A stretch of DNA of 64,000 nt from Spirochaetia bacterium (GCA_963675665.1 OY776510.1:2560001-2624000); one strand, 5' to 3'. Shown: positions 51,009-60,211, numbered from the stretch's first letter. Numbers and translations are program-made. The notes: generated from the letters alone by a model not told the origin.

Positions 51009-51248
51009 ATTGAAACCATCTGTTTCTTTTGTGGCAAAGAATTGAAGGATAATTGTAAAGATATTGGTGGTGTAGTTTATTGGCACCGAAGTGATAAAAG
51101 CATTGCTTTACATCAATGTTGTGCAGAAGAGCTGGCTATACATCTTATTAAAGATGCTCGAACATTAGTTTCTAAAACAGGAATGCGATGTAAATTGCAA
51201 CCAACTGAAAAACGAGATGTCAGTTATTCTACCCATTATCATGGTTAA
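51009..51248 (+). pseudogene. 3' fragment of the IS66-disrupted zinc-finger gene
   Basis: Starts with duplicated attgaaac, then ICFFCGKELK...HQCCAEEL...; in frame with 45858-45919. Confidence 0.8.
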
Positions 51249-51284
51249 ACCTGATTCTATTATCTGGATTGGTGCACATGTTAT

Positions 51285-53198
51285 TTACCAAAAGAGATTA
51301 TTATATCCTTTTCTATCCATTGCAATTCGAAGTCTTTTGCACTTATCCCACCAACTATATATTGGCATCTCTGGAAGATGATGCTCAATTTTTCTCCATA
51401 GATTGTAATCATATCTATTCTTCTTGATTTCCTCATACACAGGGAAAAAGCATATTCTTAGTAATTTGTTAGAAACAATGTATGAGTTACTAATTATTAT
51501 TGGGAAAAAGAAATATGATAATTTTCTCTTTTCTTCGATGGTAAGTGAATAATCATCGATTTCTTCAAGATTATTAACCCAAGGTTCAATACCAGATTCA
51601 AGAATAGTTGAACTATAAGGATCAAGTGATTCTATAATTTTTAAAAAAACTGGCAATTGGATCGTATTTTGATTCTTAATCCAATTCAACGTAATATCAT
51701 GATCTTGCTTGCAAATATTTATCCAGCTTATCTTATTCTGAGCGGAATTGTCTGTAATTATTTTCAGCACAATTGGAACTGAATCAGAGCCAAATAAATC
51801 AAAAACAGCAGAATCTAAAGTTTCATTGCTGTTTACTATGATATTATGTATATATTTAAGCTTTTTATCATAATTCATTTCATCTGCATTTACACAGTTA
51901 AGTATTTCAATTTGAAAATCTTTACCTTTTTGCCAAAGCTTTTTATCAAAGATTAGATCATTATTTAAGGAAACTAAAACATTACAAATGCCAATATCGT
52001 ATTCAGAAAATGTTGATAATTTCTCAACTGTAACAATTTTTGCAAAATGTACTAATATCTTTTCTCCAATCCTATTCAATTCACTAGAAATAAGATCCCT
52101 AAATATAGTACGACATTTTTCAATTTTATTTATAAAAAGATCCTCAATTATATTTTTTATTGTATCAATTGAATAATTGTAGTCTTCTATATTTCTATCA
52201 GTGCATATTGATTTCAACATTGATTCAATTGTGTCTTTAGATAACCAATGTGCAACCGATCCTTCATAAACCTTCTGAATTAAATATATAACAAATTCTC
52301 CACCTGCTTCATTGCCAAAGATTGATAAAATTTCTTTATATAATTCTATAGAATTAATATTTCTGTTAAGAAAAATCTTATTGTATAAATCATATAATTT
52401 AAAGCCTGAATTTTTACTTTTAAGATTAAATTCATTTATGAAAGTGAAAAAATTATTATCTCCAGTAAAATACTGAGATTTCCAGTTTGGGATTAAATCC
52501 ATAAAAGATAAAGCATCATTTATTTGAACCTCATATAGGTTTTTATCAGCTCTTAGAATATGTTTTACAAGTCTTTCTGGCACAGCTTGAATAGAAAAGG
52601 GTTTATTATCAATTTTTCTATTTGATAATGATGCAGTACAAAATGAAAAATTTGAATAAACAGATTTATTTTGGTTTACTAAAAAAGCCCATATTTCTCT
52701 GATAAAATGATTACCAGTGAAAGTTTTAAATATAGCTGGCTTGTTATTGAAATAGTATGAGAATAAAACAATTGCCAGTGAATCATTGTCTAAAAAATCA
52801 TAATCAGAATATGTAATTGAGTTATCATTAACAGAAATTTTTTTTGAATATTGTTCGAACGAGTTATTGTCCATAGGCCTTTGGAATAGTTCTTCTAATA
52901 ATGAATAATTGCTAAAGTATTTAATATCCTCAAAATTAATCAACAGTGTATGGGTCCAAACACATCCTGGTCTTTTCATCTCACTCGCATACCAAGTTTT
53001 TGCTATTGCATAACACCACTCTTCGTTAAGTGGATATCCAGTATAATAAGATAAATAATTATTGCTTACTTCAGAACCAGATAAGTCACTTAAGACTGAC
53101 ATAATCCTAGAAGAACTTTTAGATAATTTAATAGAACTAGATAATAGATGATGTCCATTTGAATAGCCATGTAATGTTTGGTTGATTTCTTTATTCAT
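51285..53198 (-). CDS. GTPase-associated protein 1-like (GAP1-N1 domain plus helical region)
   Basis: QTLHGYSNGHHLL, SDLSG, YYTGYPL, AKTWYASEMKRPGCVWTHTLLI; C-terminal WDKCKRLR; 4-bp overlap with GTPase gene. Confidence 0.78.
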   Translation of the reverse strand: MNKEINQTLHGYSNGHHLLSSSIKLSKSSSRIMSVLSDLSGSEVSNNYLSYYTGYPLNEEWCYAIAKTWYASEMKRPGCVWTHTLLINFEDIKYFSNYSLLEELFQRPMDNNSFEQYSKKISVNDNSITYSDYDFLDNDSLAIVLFSYYFNNKPAIFKTFTGNHFIREIWAFLVNQNKSVYSNFSFCTASLSNRKIDNKPFSIQAVPERLVKHILRADKNLYEVQINDALSFMDLIPNWKSQYFTGDNNFFTFINEFNLKSKNSGFKLYDLYNKIFLNRNINSIELYKEILSIFGNEAGGEFVIYLIQKVYEGSVAHWLSKDTIESMLKSICTDRNIEDYNYSIDTIKNIIEDLFINKIEKCRTIFRDLISSELNRIGEKILVHFAKIVTVEKLSTFSEYDIGICNVLVSLNNDLIFDKKLWQKGKDFQIEILNCVNADEMNYDKKLKYIHNIIVNSNETLDSAVFDLFGSDSVPIVLKIITDNSAQNKISWINICKQDHDITLNWIKNQNTIQLPVFLKIIESLDPYSSTILESGIEPWVNNLEEIDDYSLTIEEKRKLSYFFFPIIISNSYIVSNKLLRICFFPVYEEIKKNRYDYNLWRKIEHHLPEMPIYSWWDKCKRLRIAMDRKGYNNLFW

Positions 53199-54037
53199 TC
53201 TGAAACCTTTGTATCGTAAATAAATTGTTGTATTGGTTTAGAAATATCATTGTCCTGTTTCCCATTTGAATCGATTATTTTTATCCTATCGACTGGCTCA
53301 TCAATATCGAGTAAAGTTTGATCATCAAGTTCTCCACCTTGGGCGCTTAATCCAAAATATTGAATTTCATATTTTCTACTGTTGGTTGTAAGAAATTGCC
53401 AAAGTAATGGAAGCTTATCCTTTATAAAGGTTTCCGGTTTAGTTTTATTATTAATATTTAAAACAGTGTCATAGGCAGATACAATTATAAATAATTTAAA
53501 TTGAAAATTTGTTTTTATTTCTAAAACAAATTGAATCAAATCAATTAATTGTACTTGTGCTGGATCTGTTTTTGGATCGCGTTCTACAATGTTTTCAAAA
53601 TCAATATCATCATCATGATTTTTTAGATTTAGCTCAGAAATAAGAGTGGTGTCATTTACTTTTTTGGGGTTGATGAATACAAAGATGCCAGAACTCTTTT
53701 TAATATAGTCAAAATGTTCTTTTTTCATTAAGCGATCTATATACTGTTGTTGAAATGTTTCTCCAGATAGATCAGGGAAGTATAATGTCGATTGTCTATT
53801 TTCATTATCGACTAAAGTAATTGAGATTTCTGATTGTTCAGTATTCGATGTCCTAGGGACAGGCTCTAAATTTGCCCATTTTGTTGCGATTGATGATAGA
53901 TAGCTTTGATCTCCTACCAATTCTCCAAGTTTGAAGTGCTTAGATTGGCCACTATCAAGAAAATAATAAAGTGCTGCTAAAAATGTTGTTTTTCCAGCTT
54001 CTGGTAATCCTAAGATGAAAACACTTTCATTACTCAT
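53195..54037 (-). CDS. TRAFAC-class GTPase (double-GTPase system, DO-GTPase-like)
   Basis: G1 GLPEAGKTT, G2 PRT, G3 DLSGE, variant G4 SAYD, G5 LSAQG. Confidence 0.85.
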   Translation of the reverse strand: MSNESVFILGLPEAGKTTFLAALYYFLDSGQSKHFKLGELVGDQSYLSSIATKWANLEPVPRTSNTEQSEISITLVDNENRQSTLYFPDLSGETFQQQYIDRLMKKEHFDYIKKSSGIFVFINPKKVNDTTLISELNLKNHDDDIDFENIVERDPKTDPAQVQLIDLIQFVLEIKTNFQFKLFIIVSAYDTVLNINNKTKPETFIKDKLPLLWQFLTTNSRKYEIQYFGLSAQGGELDDQTLLDIDEPVDRIKIIDSNGKQDNDISKPIQQFIYDTKVSE

Positions 54038-55064
54038 ATCTTTTATCCCTATAAGAAAATCTATCAAACTCAGACAGATTTTCAGCTTGAAAAGATTGTG
54101 CTTTGAGTGACCATATTGTATTCTTTACAGGTGCTGTCCAATTTTTTAATAGTTCATTTAATCCTGTACCTATTGCACAATTTTCAGTATCTATAGGCAT
54201 AGCTGCAATATTAAAACATTCTATGCTCAGAAACCGCTCTTGATATTTTTCTCTAATTTCACTTATAAGATTACCTATTTTATTTTTTATAATAGGATCT
54301 TCATTGCTTTTTTCTATAATCAAGTCATATTTTGTTACTATCAAATTTATTTTTGTATTATAGTTAATTAAGCCTGCACCTAAGAACGTGTCAATTAATT
54401 TTTTCCCACTAAAAATCTCACCATTTCGCTTTTGTTTCGTGACTAATAATTCTCCATCAAAGACCACTGCAAAAACAGATGCACTTTTAACAATGCCAAA
54501 ATCTTCCTTAGCCAAGTCTGCATTCCCAATAACTTCCTTGTAATCTTCGCCAGAAAAGTCAGATAAAAGAAAATTGTAGAATTTTTCTCGTTTTTTACAA
54601 AAGATACCAAGATGCAAAATAGCATCAGAGACTCCACGTTGAGTTTTGGGTGGTTTAGGAGATGCTTTCTTCGAAATAATTCTAGCATTAAAAGCTCTTT
54701 GCTCAAATCCTAACAGAGTTTTTGACCAATTAAACAAAAAAGAATCAATTGAGTTTTTCTGGAAGATATGATAAAAAGTTGTAATTAAAGTTGTTTTACC
54801 ACAACCCGATGGGCCTGCTATTATTACAATATCAGTTTTAAATTCTGATGTGATATCGTAAGTTTCTGATTCATTTAGCGCTTTACCAAGAGAAAGCTCA
54901 ATGACACCATCTAATTCTGTTTCTTCAATCTCTATTTCTTTAAAATCTCTATTGTCTTCTTTTTCAATAAGTGATGAATCTTTAATTGAGTCTATAGAGT
55001 CTGAAATCTTAAAACCATCTTCAGAATTGGAACTTATATCTATGTCTTCAACTTCATCTGTCAT
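54030..55064 (-). CDS. TRAFAC-class GTPase (double-GTPase system, DO-GTPase-like)
   Basis: Acidic N-terminal extension; G1 GPSGCGKTT, SKTLLGFE, G2 PKT, G3 DFSGE, G4 TKYD. Confidence 0.85.
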   Translation of the reverse strand: MTDEVEDIDISSNSEDGFKISDSIDSIKDSSLIEKEDNRDFKEIEIEETELDGVIELSLGKALNESETYDITSEFKTDIVIIAGPSGCGKTTLITTFYHIFQKNSIDSFLFNWSKTLLGFEQRAFNARIISKKASPKPPKTQRGVSDAILHLGIFCKKREKFYNFLLSDFSGEDYKEVIGNADLAKEDFGIVKSASVFAVVFDGELLVTKQKRNGEIFSGKKLIDTFLGAGLINYNTKINLIVTKYDLIIEKSNEDPIIKNKIGNLISEIREKYQERFLSIECFNIAAMPIDTENCAIGTGLNELLKNWTAPVKNTIWSLKAQSFQAENLSEFDRFSYRDKRYE

Positions 55065-55077
55065 CTCTTAACCTTTG

Positions 55078-56193
55078 TTATTCTGCCATTGCTCTTCTTG
55101 AAAGACATTCAAGATAGAATTGATTTGAAAAATCAAGATACGAATATTTTATTTTATCAATTTTCCGTATAGAATGATTATTAAAAACTTCTTTCCAATT
55201 TGCTCCGTTTGAAACTTGTAGTGAAGAATAGATCGCGTGAAAAATTGGAGTAATATTACCAAATTGTGATGGACTAAAATCTTTTGTCAATTCATGTTTC
55301 CAATCTTTGTCAAGGCCATTAACAGCATCGTATAGAGATAATACTTCATCAGGGGCTTCAATAATCGATTTTAATAATCTGTGTAGAACAGACTGAGCCG
55401 CATATGGACCTGGCATAATAGAAACTAGATCTGAAAGTTCTTTTCCAATTGTAATGGGTATCGACTCTTTTGTTAATTTGGAGAAATGTTTTTCATGATC
55501 TCGACTATATTCTCCTGTAAGCCACCATAAGATTTGGGAATCCTCATAATAAATAAGTTGTTTTTCTTCTTTATTTATTATTTCATTATTAAGACTTGAG
55601 AATAGGTTTTCAATTTTGTCTACAAGTTTCATATTGATACTTTGCCAATTATCATCTCCCCATTCATAATCTATTGGCTCCTCACCTTCTACTGCTGTTT
55701 CTTCAGCTGAAACTTCTGAGATATATTTACGTATATCACTAAAATCAATACTAATGTTTTGCTGATCCTTTAAAGGCATTGATCTGTTTTTACGTGCTGA
55801 ATCTTTGAATGTTTGTAGAATAAAACTGGATATTTCAGGATGTGGTGTCTCTTTGATTAAAAACGACGCAGTAATAAATGGTAAAATAATTTTAAAAGTT
55901 ACTTCTTTAACATTTATCAATTTAGTAAGCGCATAGCCCGCTAACAGTGAAATTTCTTCCTTTTTTCTTCTAGAGAATGCCTGATCATATTCTCTGAAAG
56001 AATCGATAAATATTGAATAGCAGTCTTCATCAATGATATCCATTTGAAAATATAGATGGATCAAATTGATTATTGCTATATCTGATATTGATTCATCTAA
56101 ATATTTCTGAATACCGGAGATTCTGTTTTCAATAAAATCATTATCTATTTTGGGATTTACTTTATAATAGATCTCAGTTAAATCTAATTCCAT
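55078..56193 (-). CDS. GTPase-associated system all-helical protein (GASH-like)
   Basis: Helical composition; EDSQILWWLTGEYS motif; sits between phosphoesterase and GTPases. Confidence 0.72.
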   Translation of the reverse strand: MELDLTEIYYKVNPKIDNDFIENRISGIQKYLDESISDIAIINLIHLYFQMDIIDEDCYSIFIDSFREYDQAFSRRKKEEISLLAGYALTKLINVKEVTFKIILPFITASFLIKETPHPEISSFILQTFKDSARKNRSMPLKDQQNISIDFSDIRKYISEVSAEETAVEGEEPIDYEWGDDNWQSINMKLVDKIENLFSSLNNEIINKEEKQLIYYEDSQILWWLTGEYSRDHEKHFSKLTKESIPITIGKELSDLVSIMPGPYAAQSVLHRLLKSIIEAPDEVLSLYDAVNGLDKDWKHELTKDFSPSQFGNITPIFHAIYSSLQVSNGANWKEVFNNHSIRKIDKIKYSYLDFSNQFYLECLSRRAMAE

Positions 56194-56196
56194 ATC

Positions 56197-57492
56197 TTAC
56201 TCCATTATTTTTATAATTGAATCATGAAAAGATTTGATATCATCTCTATCCCTTAAATCTTCAAGGATACGTTCTATAATTGATTGATGCTCGATACCTT
56301 CATCCGATTCAGTGATCAACCCAAAATCGGAAAGAAGTTTGTGCCTAAGGACATAGGATAAACTAAAAAAATCATATGCTATTTCTCGATCACTTATTGA
56401 TTTTAAATCTGCCATGATATCCTTTTCTACAGTAGTATCATCATCTTCTTCTTTTATGCGTGATTTCTGTTTATTACTTGATTCTATTTTAATACCATTC
56501 TTGCATTGATGCTTTAAAAAAAATTGTTTAAATTCATTGCCTCCACAACTGTTATAATCAGGCTCAAAAGATTGAGAATCTTTCGAAAATAATCGAGGGA
56601 AAACCTTCACTACTAAATTGCTCTTTCCTTCATCGCAAATAGTGGATATTGTAAGCCAATTATATCTTGGAATCCATTCTTTTTCAGAACGACTAGGATG
56701 AGTGGCTCCAGCACCAATGATTAAATTGTCATTAACTATATTGAGACTGTGAACATGCTTATGACCATATAGCTGAATTTTTATCCTTTGATTGATTTTA
56801 TTGATAATTTGATGTCTATCAACAAGGCACTCATGAGGATGATGACATAGTGATAGATATGTAACATTATCTTCGTTCTTTGGGATTTGATTTGCACCAA
56901 TTATCATTCTCCGTTCTAAAGTATCATTATGATTTGAAATAATAACAGAATTCAGCCCAATAATTCTTAAGTATGTGTTGTCGTTCAACGTAAAATCTTC
57001 TGTCCATACTGGTTTATCAACACTGATATTGCAACGAAATAAAGAAGCAAATGAATTGTATGAATGAATATGTTCAAACAGACTATTATTAAAGATAGTA
57101 TCCCTATGATATTTTACTATTTGCTCGTCGATATTCGTAGCGGTTTCAATCTTTTCTTGAATTGTAAGAAAGCCTTCAGAACTCATAGGTATATTTCGAT
57201 CAACATCATGATTTCCTGGTACACAAAATACTTGCGTTTTATTGATTTTCAACTTATCACAGAGTTCAAATAGAAAAACTTTAGCAGTGTCGTACTCAGT
57301 AGAATTAGCACTAAATGAAATATCCCCACAAACAAAGATTGCGTCTGGTGTACCAATTTTTGAAATAACGTTTTGATCTATATCTCTTAATAGCTCATTT
57401 CTTATATCTTCATCCAGATCATGTGGATCTCCACTATTCTTGTCAAAATGAATATCAGCAAGATGAATGAAGGATAGAAAATTTTTGTTCAT
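56197..57492 (-). CDS. Calcineurin-like metallophosphoesterase with C-terminal helical adaptor-like domain
   Basis: HLADIH, CGDI, PGNHD, CHHP, YGHKH; charged linker, then a ~65-aa helical domain. Confidence 0.88.
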   Translation of the reverse strand: MNKNFLSFIHLADIHFDKNSGDPHDLDEDIRNELLRDIDQNVISKIGTPDAIFVCGDISFSANSTEYDTAKVFLFELCDKLKINKTQVFCVPGNHDVDRNIPMSSEGFLTIQEKIETATNIDEQIVKYHRDTIFNNSLFEHIHSYNSFASLFRCNISVDKPVWTEDFTLNDNTYLRIIGLNSVIISNHNDTLERRMIIGANQIPKNEDNVTYLSLCHHPHECLVDRHQIINKINQRIKIQLYGHKHVHSLNIVNDNLIIGAGATHPSRSEKEWIPRYNWLTISTICDEGKSNLVVKVFPRLFSKDSQSFEPDYNSCGGNEFKQFFLKHQCKNGIKIESSNKQKSRIKEEDDDTTVEKDIMADLKSISDREIAYDFFSLSYVLRHKLLSDFGLITESDEGIEHQSIIERILEDLRDRDDIKSFHDSIIKIME

Positions 57493-57800
57493 GTTAACCT
57501 TTACAAATGTTTAATAATGCAAAATTAAATAGACTTGTATCTCTTCAATCTAATTTTATCATGGGGAGGATCAACCAACAACAATAATTATTGAATAAAT
57601 AGTTTTTTGCTCAATCAATACTATAATTTTAGTCACTTCTATTGGAATCAAAAACAAAACAGTAATTCTATTGTCATTATTAATTGTGAACAATTTGTAA
57701 GCAAAAAATCTGGAATATAAAAGAAAAGCTTTGAAACATTAAGCAGAAGAATTAGCATAAATATCCATATAGTATAGAATAAAGAAAACCGAGGAAAAGT

Positions 57801-57853
57801 GCGTACATGTCTGGGGGACATGGGGTCGGCAGTTCAAATCTGCCCAGCCCGAA
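57801..57853 (+). repeat. attR (duplicated 3' part of tRNA-Pro)
   Basis: Exact 53-bp copy of 41144-41196; lacks the tRNA 5' end. Confidence 0.93.
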
Positions 57854-57859
57854 AAAAAC

Positions 57860-57901
57860 AAGGAGGGTTAGCTGTTTTTAATGACAGTTAATCCTTTTTT
57901 T
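57860..57901 (+). terminator. Terminator-like hairpin, probably the original tRNA-Pro terminator
   Basis: aggagggttagctgt..acagttaatccttt plus T run directly after attR. Confidence 0.6.
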
Positions 57902-58042
57902 AATTAATACGGCAGATTTGAACATGCTGTTCGGGGGCCTGATGAGTTACTGATTAATAAGGCTGAAAGGGCTTATATTGATGAAGTTTGGCGCAGACAA
58001 ACTTCAGAGCAATGGGCTTTTTGGAGAAAAGGCTGTTGCTCC

Positions 58043-58058
58043 ATCTGCCCCAGCCCGA
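58043..58058 (+). repeat. Degenerate third copy of the tRNA-Pro 3' end (candidate att of second element)
   Basis: atctgccccagcccga versus atctgcccagcccga (one extra C), about 130 bp before the second integrase. Confidence 0.65.
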
Positions 58059-58187
58059 TACATTTAAAATGTTATAGGGTAATGATTTAAAAATAGCAAC
58101 AATTTGCCTTATATAGTAAATTTGGCATGTGTAGCACGTTTTGTAGCATAAAACTGTACTTCCAATACACAATATCGGAGGCAGATT

Positions 58188-59297
58188 ATGCAGAAAAAAC
58201 CCTATTCATTATGGAAAAGGCGCCTCAATTCGGGGCGCTTTGTCTATTATGTACGTTTCAGGCTTGAAAACGGAGCCTGGAGCACCGCAAAAAGTTCAGG
58301 TCAAACCAAAAAAACTACGGCTGAAGCCTGGGCAATCGAATACCTTAAATCAGGTCAAATAGTACTAAAAGAAAACATTCGCTTCAGTGATTTTGCGGAC
58401 GGATTCTTTGACTATGACGGCCCATTCATCAAATCCCAGCTTTACCGGGGTAAGACCATCGGCCGGCGGCATGCTGAAAACCAGAATGCCGAGGTTAAGA
58501 ATCACCTTACTCCTGTCATCGGAGATCTCAAACTCTCAAAGATCGACAGCGAGGTTATTGAGGAGCTTGTAATCGGAATGTCCGCGGCCGGTAAGGCCTC
58601 CGGTACTATTAATCATGTTCTGATTACCTTGCGGACAATCCTCCAGTATGCCTATAAGAAAAAGTACATACAACACATGCCGATAATTGAGATGATTCCG
58701 AGAAAACAGAAGGACCGCGGAATACTGAGTGTGGAAGAGGTAAAGGCTTTCTTCGCCCAGGAGTGGGCCGATAAGCGTTACTATGCCTTCAACCTCATAG
58801 CGGCCACCACAGGCATGCGTATGGGTGAAATAAGGGCCCTGCAGCGAAAAGCAGTCTTCGATGATTATCTTGATGTCTCAGTCTCCTGGGAGAAGGGGCA
58901 CGGACTAAAGTGTACCAAGACCGGCCGAAGCAGGTATATCCCGATACCTAAACGGACAAAGACGGCCCTTGAAGATGTAATGCTTATGACACCGTTTAAG
59001 GAACCCGAAGATTTTGTTTTTGTCGGTCGCAAGCGCGAAGCGCCCCTTGATACCCACATCATCCAGTTAAACTATTATAAAGCACTAAAAGGCATAGGCA
59101 TTGATAAAGAGGCCAGGCAGACCCGGAATATAACCTTTCATTCCTGGCGGCACTTTTTCAACTCGCTGCTTATTAACTCAAGGGTGCCTATCCCTAAGGT
59201 GCAAACTATCACCGGGCATTCAACCGATCGCATGACCGAGAACTACTTTCACGCGGACGAATATTCGGATGTTTTAAAGATTGCCGGGGAGATTTGA
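58188..59297 (+). CDS. Tyrosine recombinase/integrase (second element)
   Basis: TTGMRMGE, CTKTG, FHSWRH, TGH, ENY; clearly homologous to 41320-42462. Confidence 0.95.
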   Translation: MQKKPYSLWKRRLNSGRFVYYVRFRLENGAWSTAKSSGQTKKTTAEAWAIEYLKSGQIVLKENIRFSDFADGFFDYDGPFIKSQLYRGKTIGRRHAENQNAEVKNHLTPVIGDLKLSKIDSEVIEELVIGMSAAGKASGTINHVLITLRTILQYAYKKKYIQHMPIIEMIPRKQKDRGILSVEEVKAFFAQEWADKRYYAFNLIAATTGMRMGEIRALQRKAVFDDYLDVSVSWEKGHGLKCTKTGRSRYIPIPKRTKTALEDVMLMTPFKEPEDFVFVGRKREAPLDTHIIQLNYYKALKGIGIDKEARQTRNITFHSWRHFFNSLLINSRVPIPKVQTITGHSTDRMTENYFHADEYSDVLKIAGEI

Positions 59298-59324
59298 TCT
59301 GGCTAAGTCGCGGTTTAACTATTG

Positions 59325-59418
59325 CCCTATTTGCATACTATAGGTATGCAAATAGGGTGAAATGTAAACTTGACAGTTGGTTTACATTTGCTCTATAATG
59401 CATAGTATAGGTATGCAA
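59325..59418 (+). promoter_or_regulatory. abiE promoter/operator
   Basis: TTGACA(59370)-N18-TATAAT(59394); palindrome ccctatttgcatac-tatag-gtatgcaaataggg with a near copy at 59399-59417; aaatgtaaac/gtttacattt IR around -35. Confidence 0.8.
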
Positions 59419-59440
59419 AAATGGAGTAAGGTAAACCAGG

Positions 59441-60211
59441 ATGGCAGAATTATCTTTGGACAAAGTTTTAAATGAAGGGATAGTCGTGGATCGCAGATGG
59501 CTAAGCTCAAAAGGATTTGAGCGTACTGCTGTTGATTATTATGTCAGGGCAGGCAAGCTTATAGCCTGTGGGTATGGTGCTTACCGTAAACCGGGTCCGC
59601 CTTTGAAATGGCAAAACATAGTATATTCATTGGGACGACTCGGTGTGGAGCTGCATGTCGGAAACATATCAGCACTGTCATATAACGGATATGAACATTT
59701 TCTCCATCTGAATGCGGCAAAGGAGATCACTGTATACAGTCAGCAGCAACTGCCTTCCTGGACCATGGGCCTTTCAGATGTTTCTTTTAAACGGGTTGCT
59801 AATAATCCTTTTGAAACGGATACAAAAGTAGGATTAGAGTATGTTCCATTCGGGACCTGGGATTGGCCCATACCGTATGCTTCTACAGAAAGAGCTTTTG
59901 TAGAATTATTCAGCTCATTAAAAACAAGCGATGATATAAGGTCGGCGATGATGATGTTTGAAAGTGCCGCAACTTTGCGCCCCAAAACAATACAGATCTT
60001 GCTTGAAGAATGTAAGCAAGTAAAAGCGAAGCGTCTTTTCCTTTGGATGGGGAAACAATTGAAACATTCCTGGTATGAATTGATAGATCAGAAAAGAATC
60101 GACCTCGGAACAGGGAAGAGGCAAATAATAAAAAACGGTGTCTTGGATAAAGAGTTTCTAATCACTGTACCTAAGGAGTTGTCTCATGGACAGGCAGAAC
60201 CCCTATTTTAA
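59441..60211 (+). CDS. abiEi: Type IV TA antitoxin AbiEi-family protein
   Basis: N-terminal wHTH (GYGAYRK), HVGNISAL, STERAFVE, LRPKTIQILLEECKQVKAKRLFL, IDLGTGKR. Confidence 0.88.
   Translation: MAELSLDKVLNEGIVVDRRWLSSKGFERTAVDYYVRAGKLIACGYGAYRKPGPPLKWQNIVYSLGRLGVELHVGNISALSYNGYEHFLHLNAAKEITVYSQQQLPSWTMGLSDVSFKRVANNPFETDTKVGLEYVPFGTWDWPIPYASTERAFVELFSSLKTSDDIRSAMMMFESAATLRPKTIQILLEECKQVKAKRLFLWMGKQLKHSWYELIDQKRIDLGTGKRQIIKNGVLDKEFLITVPKELSHGQAEPLF

Larger units (their letters stand above)
41144..57853. mobile_element. Integrative genomic island in tRNA-Pro (~16.7 kb)
   Basis: 53-bp direct repeat at both ends, adjacent tyrosine integrase, AT-rich cargo, Rep and excisionase-like genes. Confidence 0.92.

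Noticed and set aside
51042-51248. Standalone 68-aa gene from the ORF track
   Set aside because: TTG start without a clear RBS; better explained as the 3' part of the IS-split gene
57493-57800. Structured ncRNA upstream of the GTPase operon
   Set aside because: AT-rich with no convincing long stems by eye; treated as promoter and att-arm region
57801-57853. Second tRNA-Pro gene
   Set aside because: Lacks the first 22 nt (acceptor 5' strand and most of the D arm); it is attR
41144-57853. Prophage
   Set aside because: No capsid, terminase, tail, lysis or Zot-like genes recognisable
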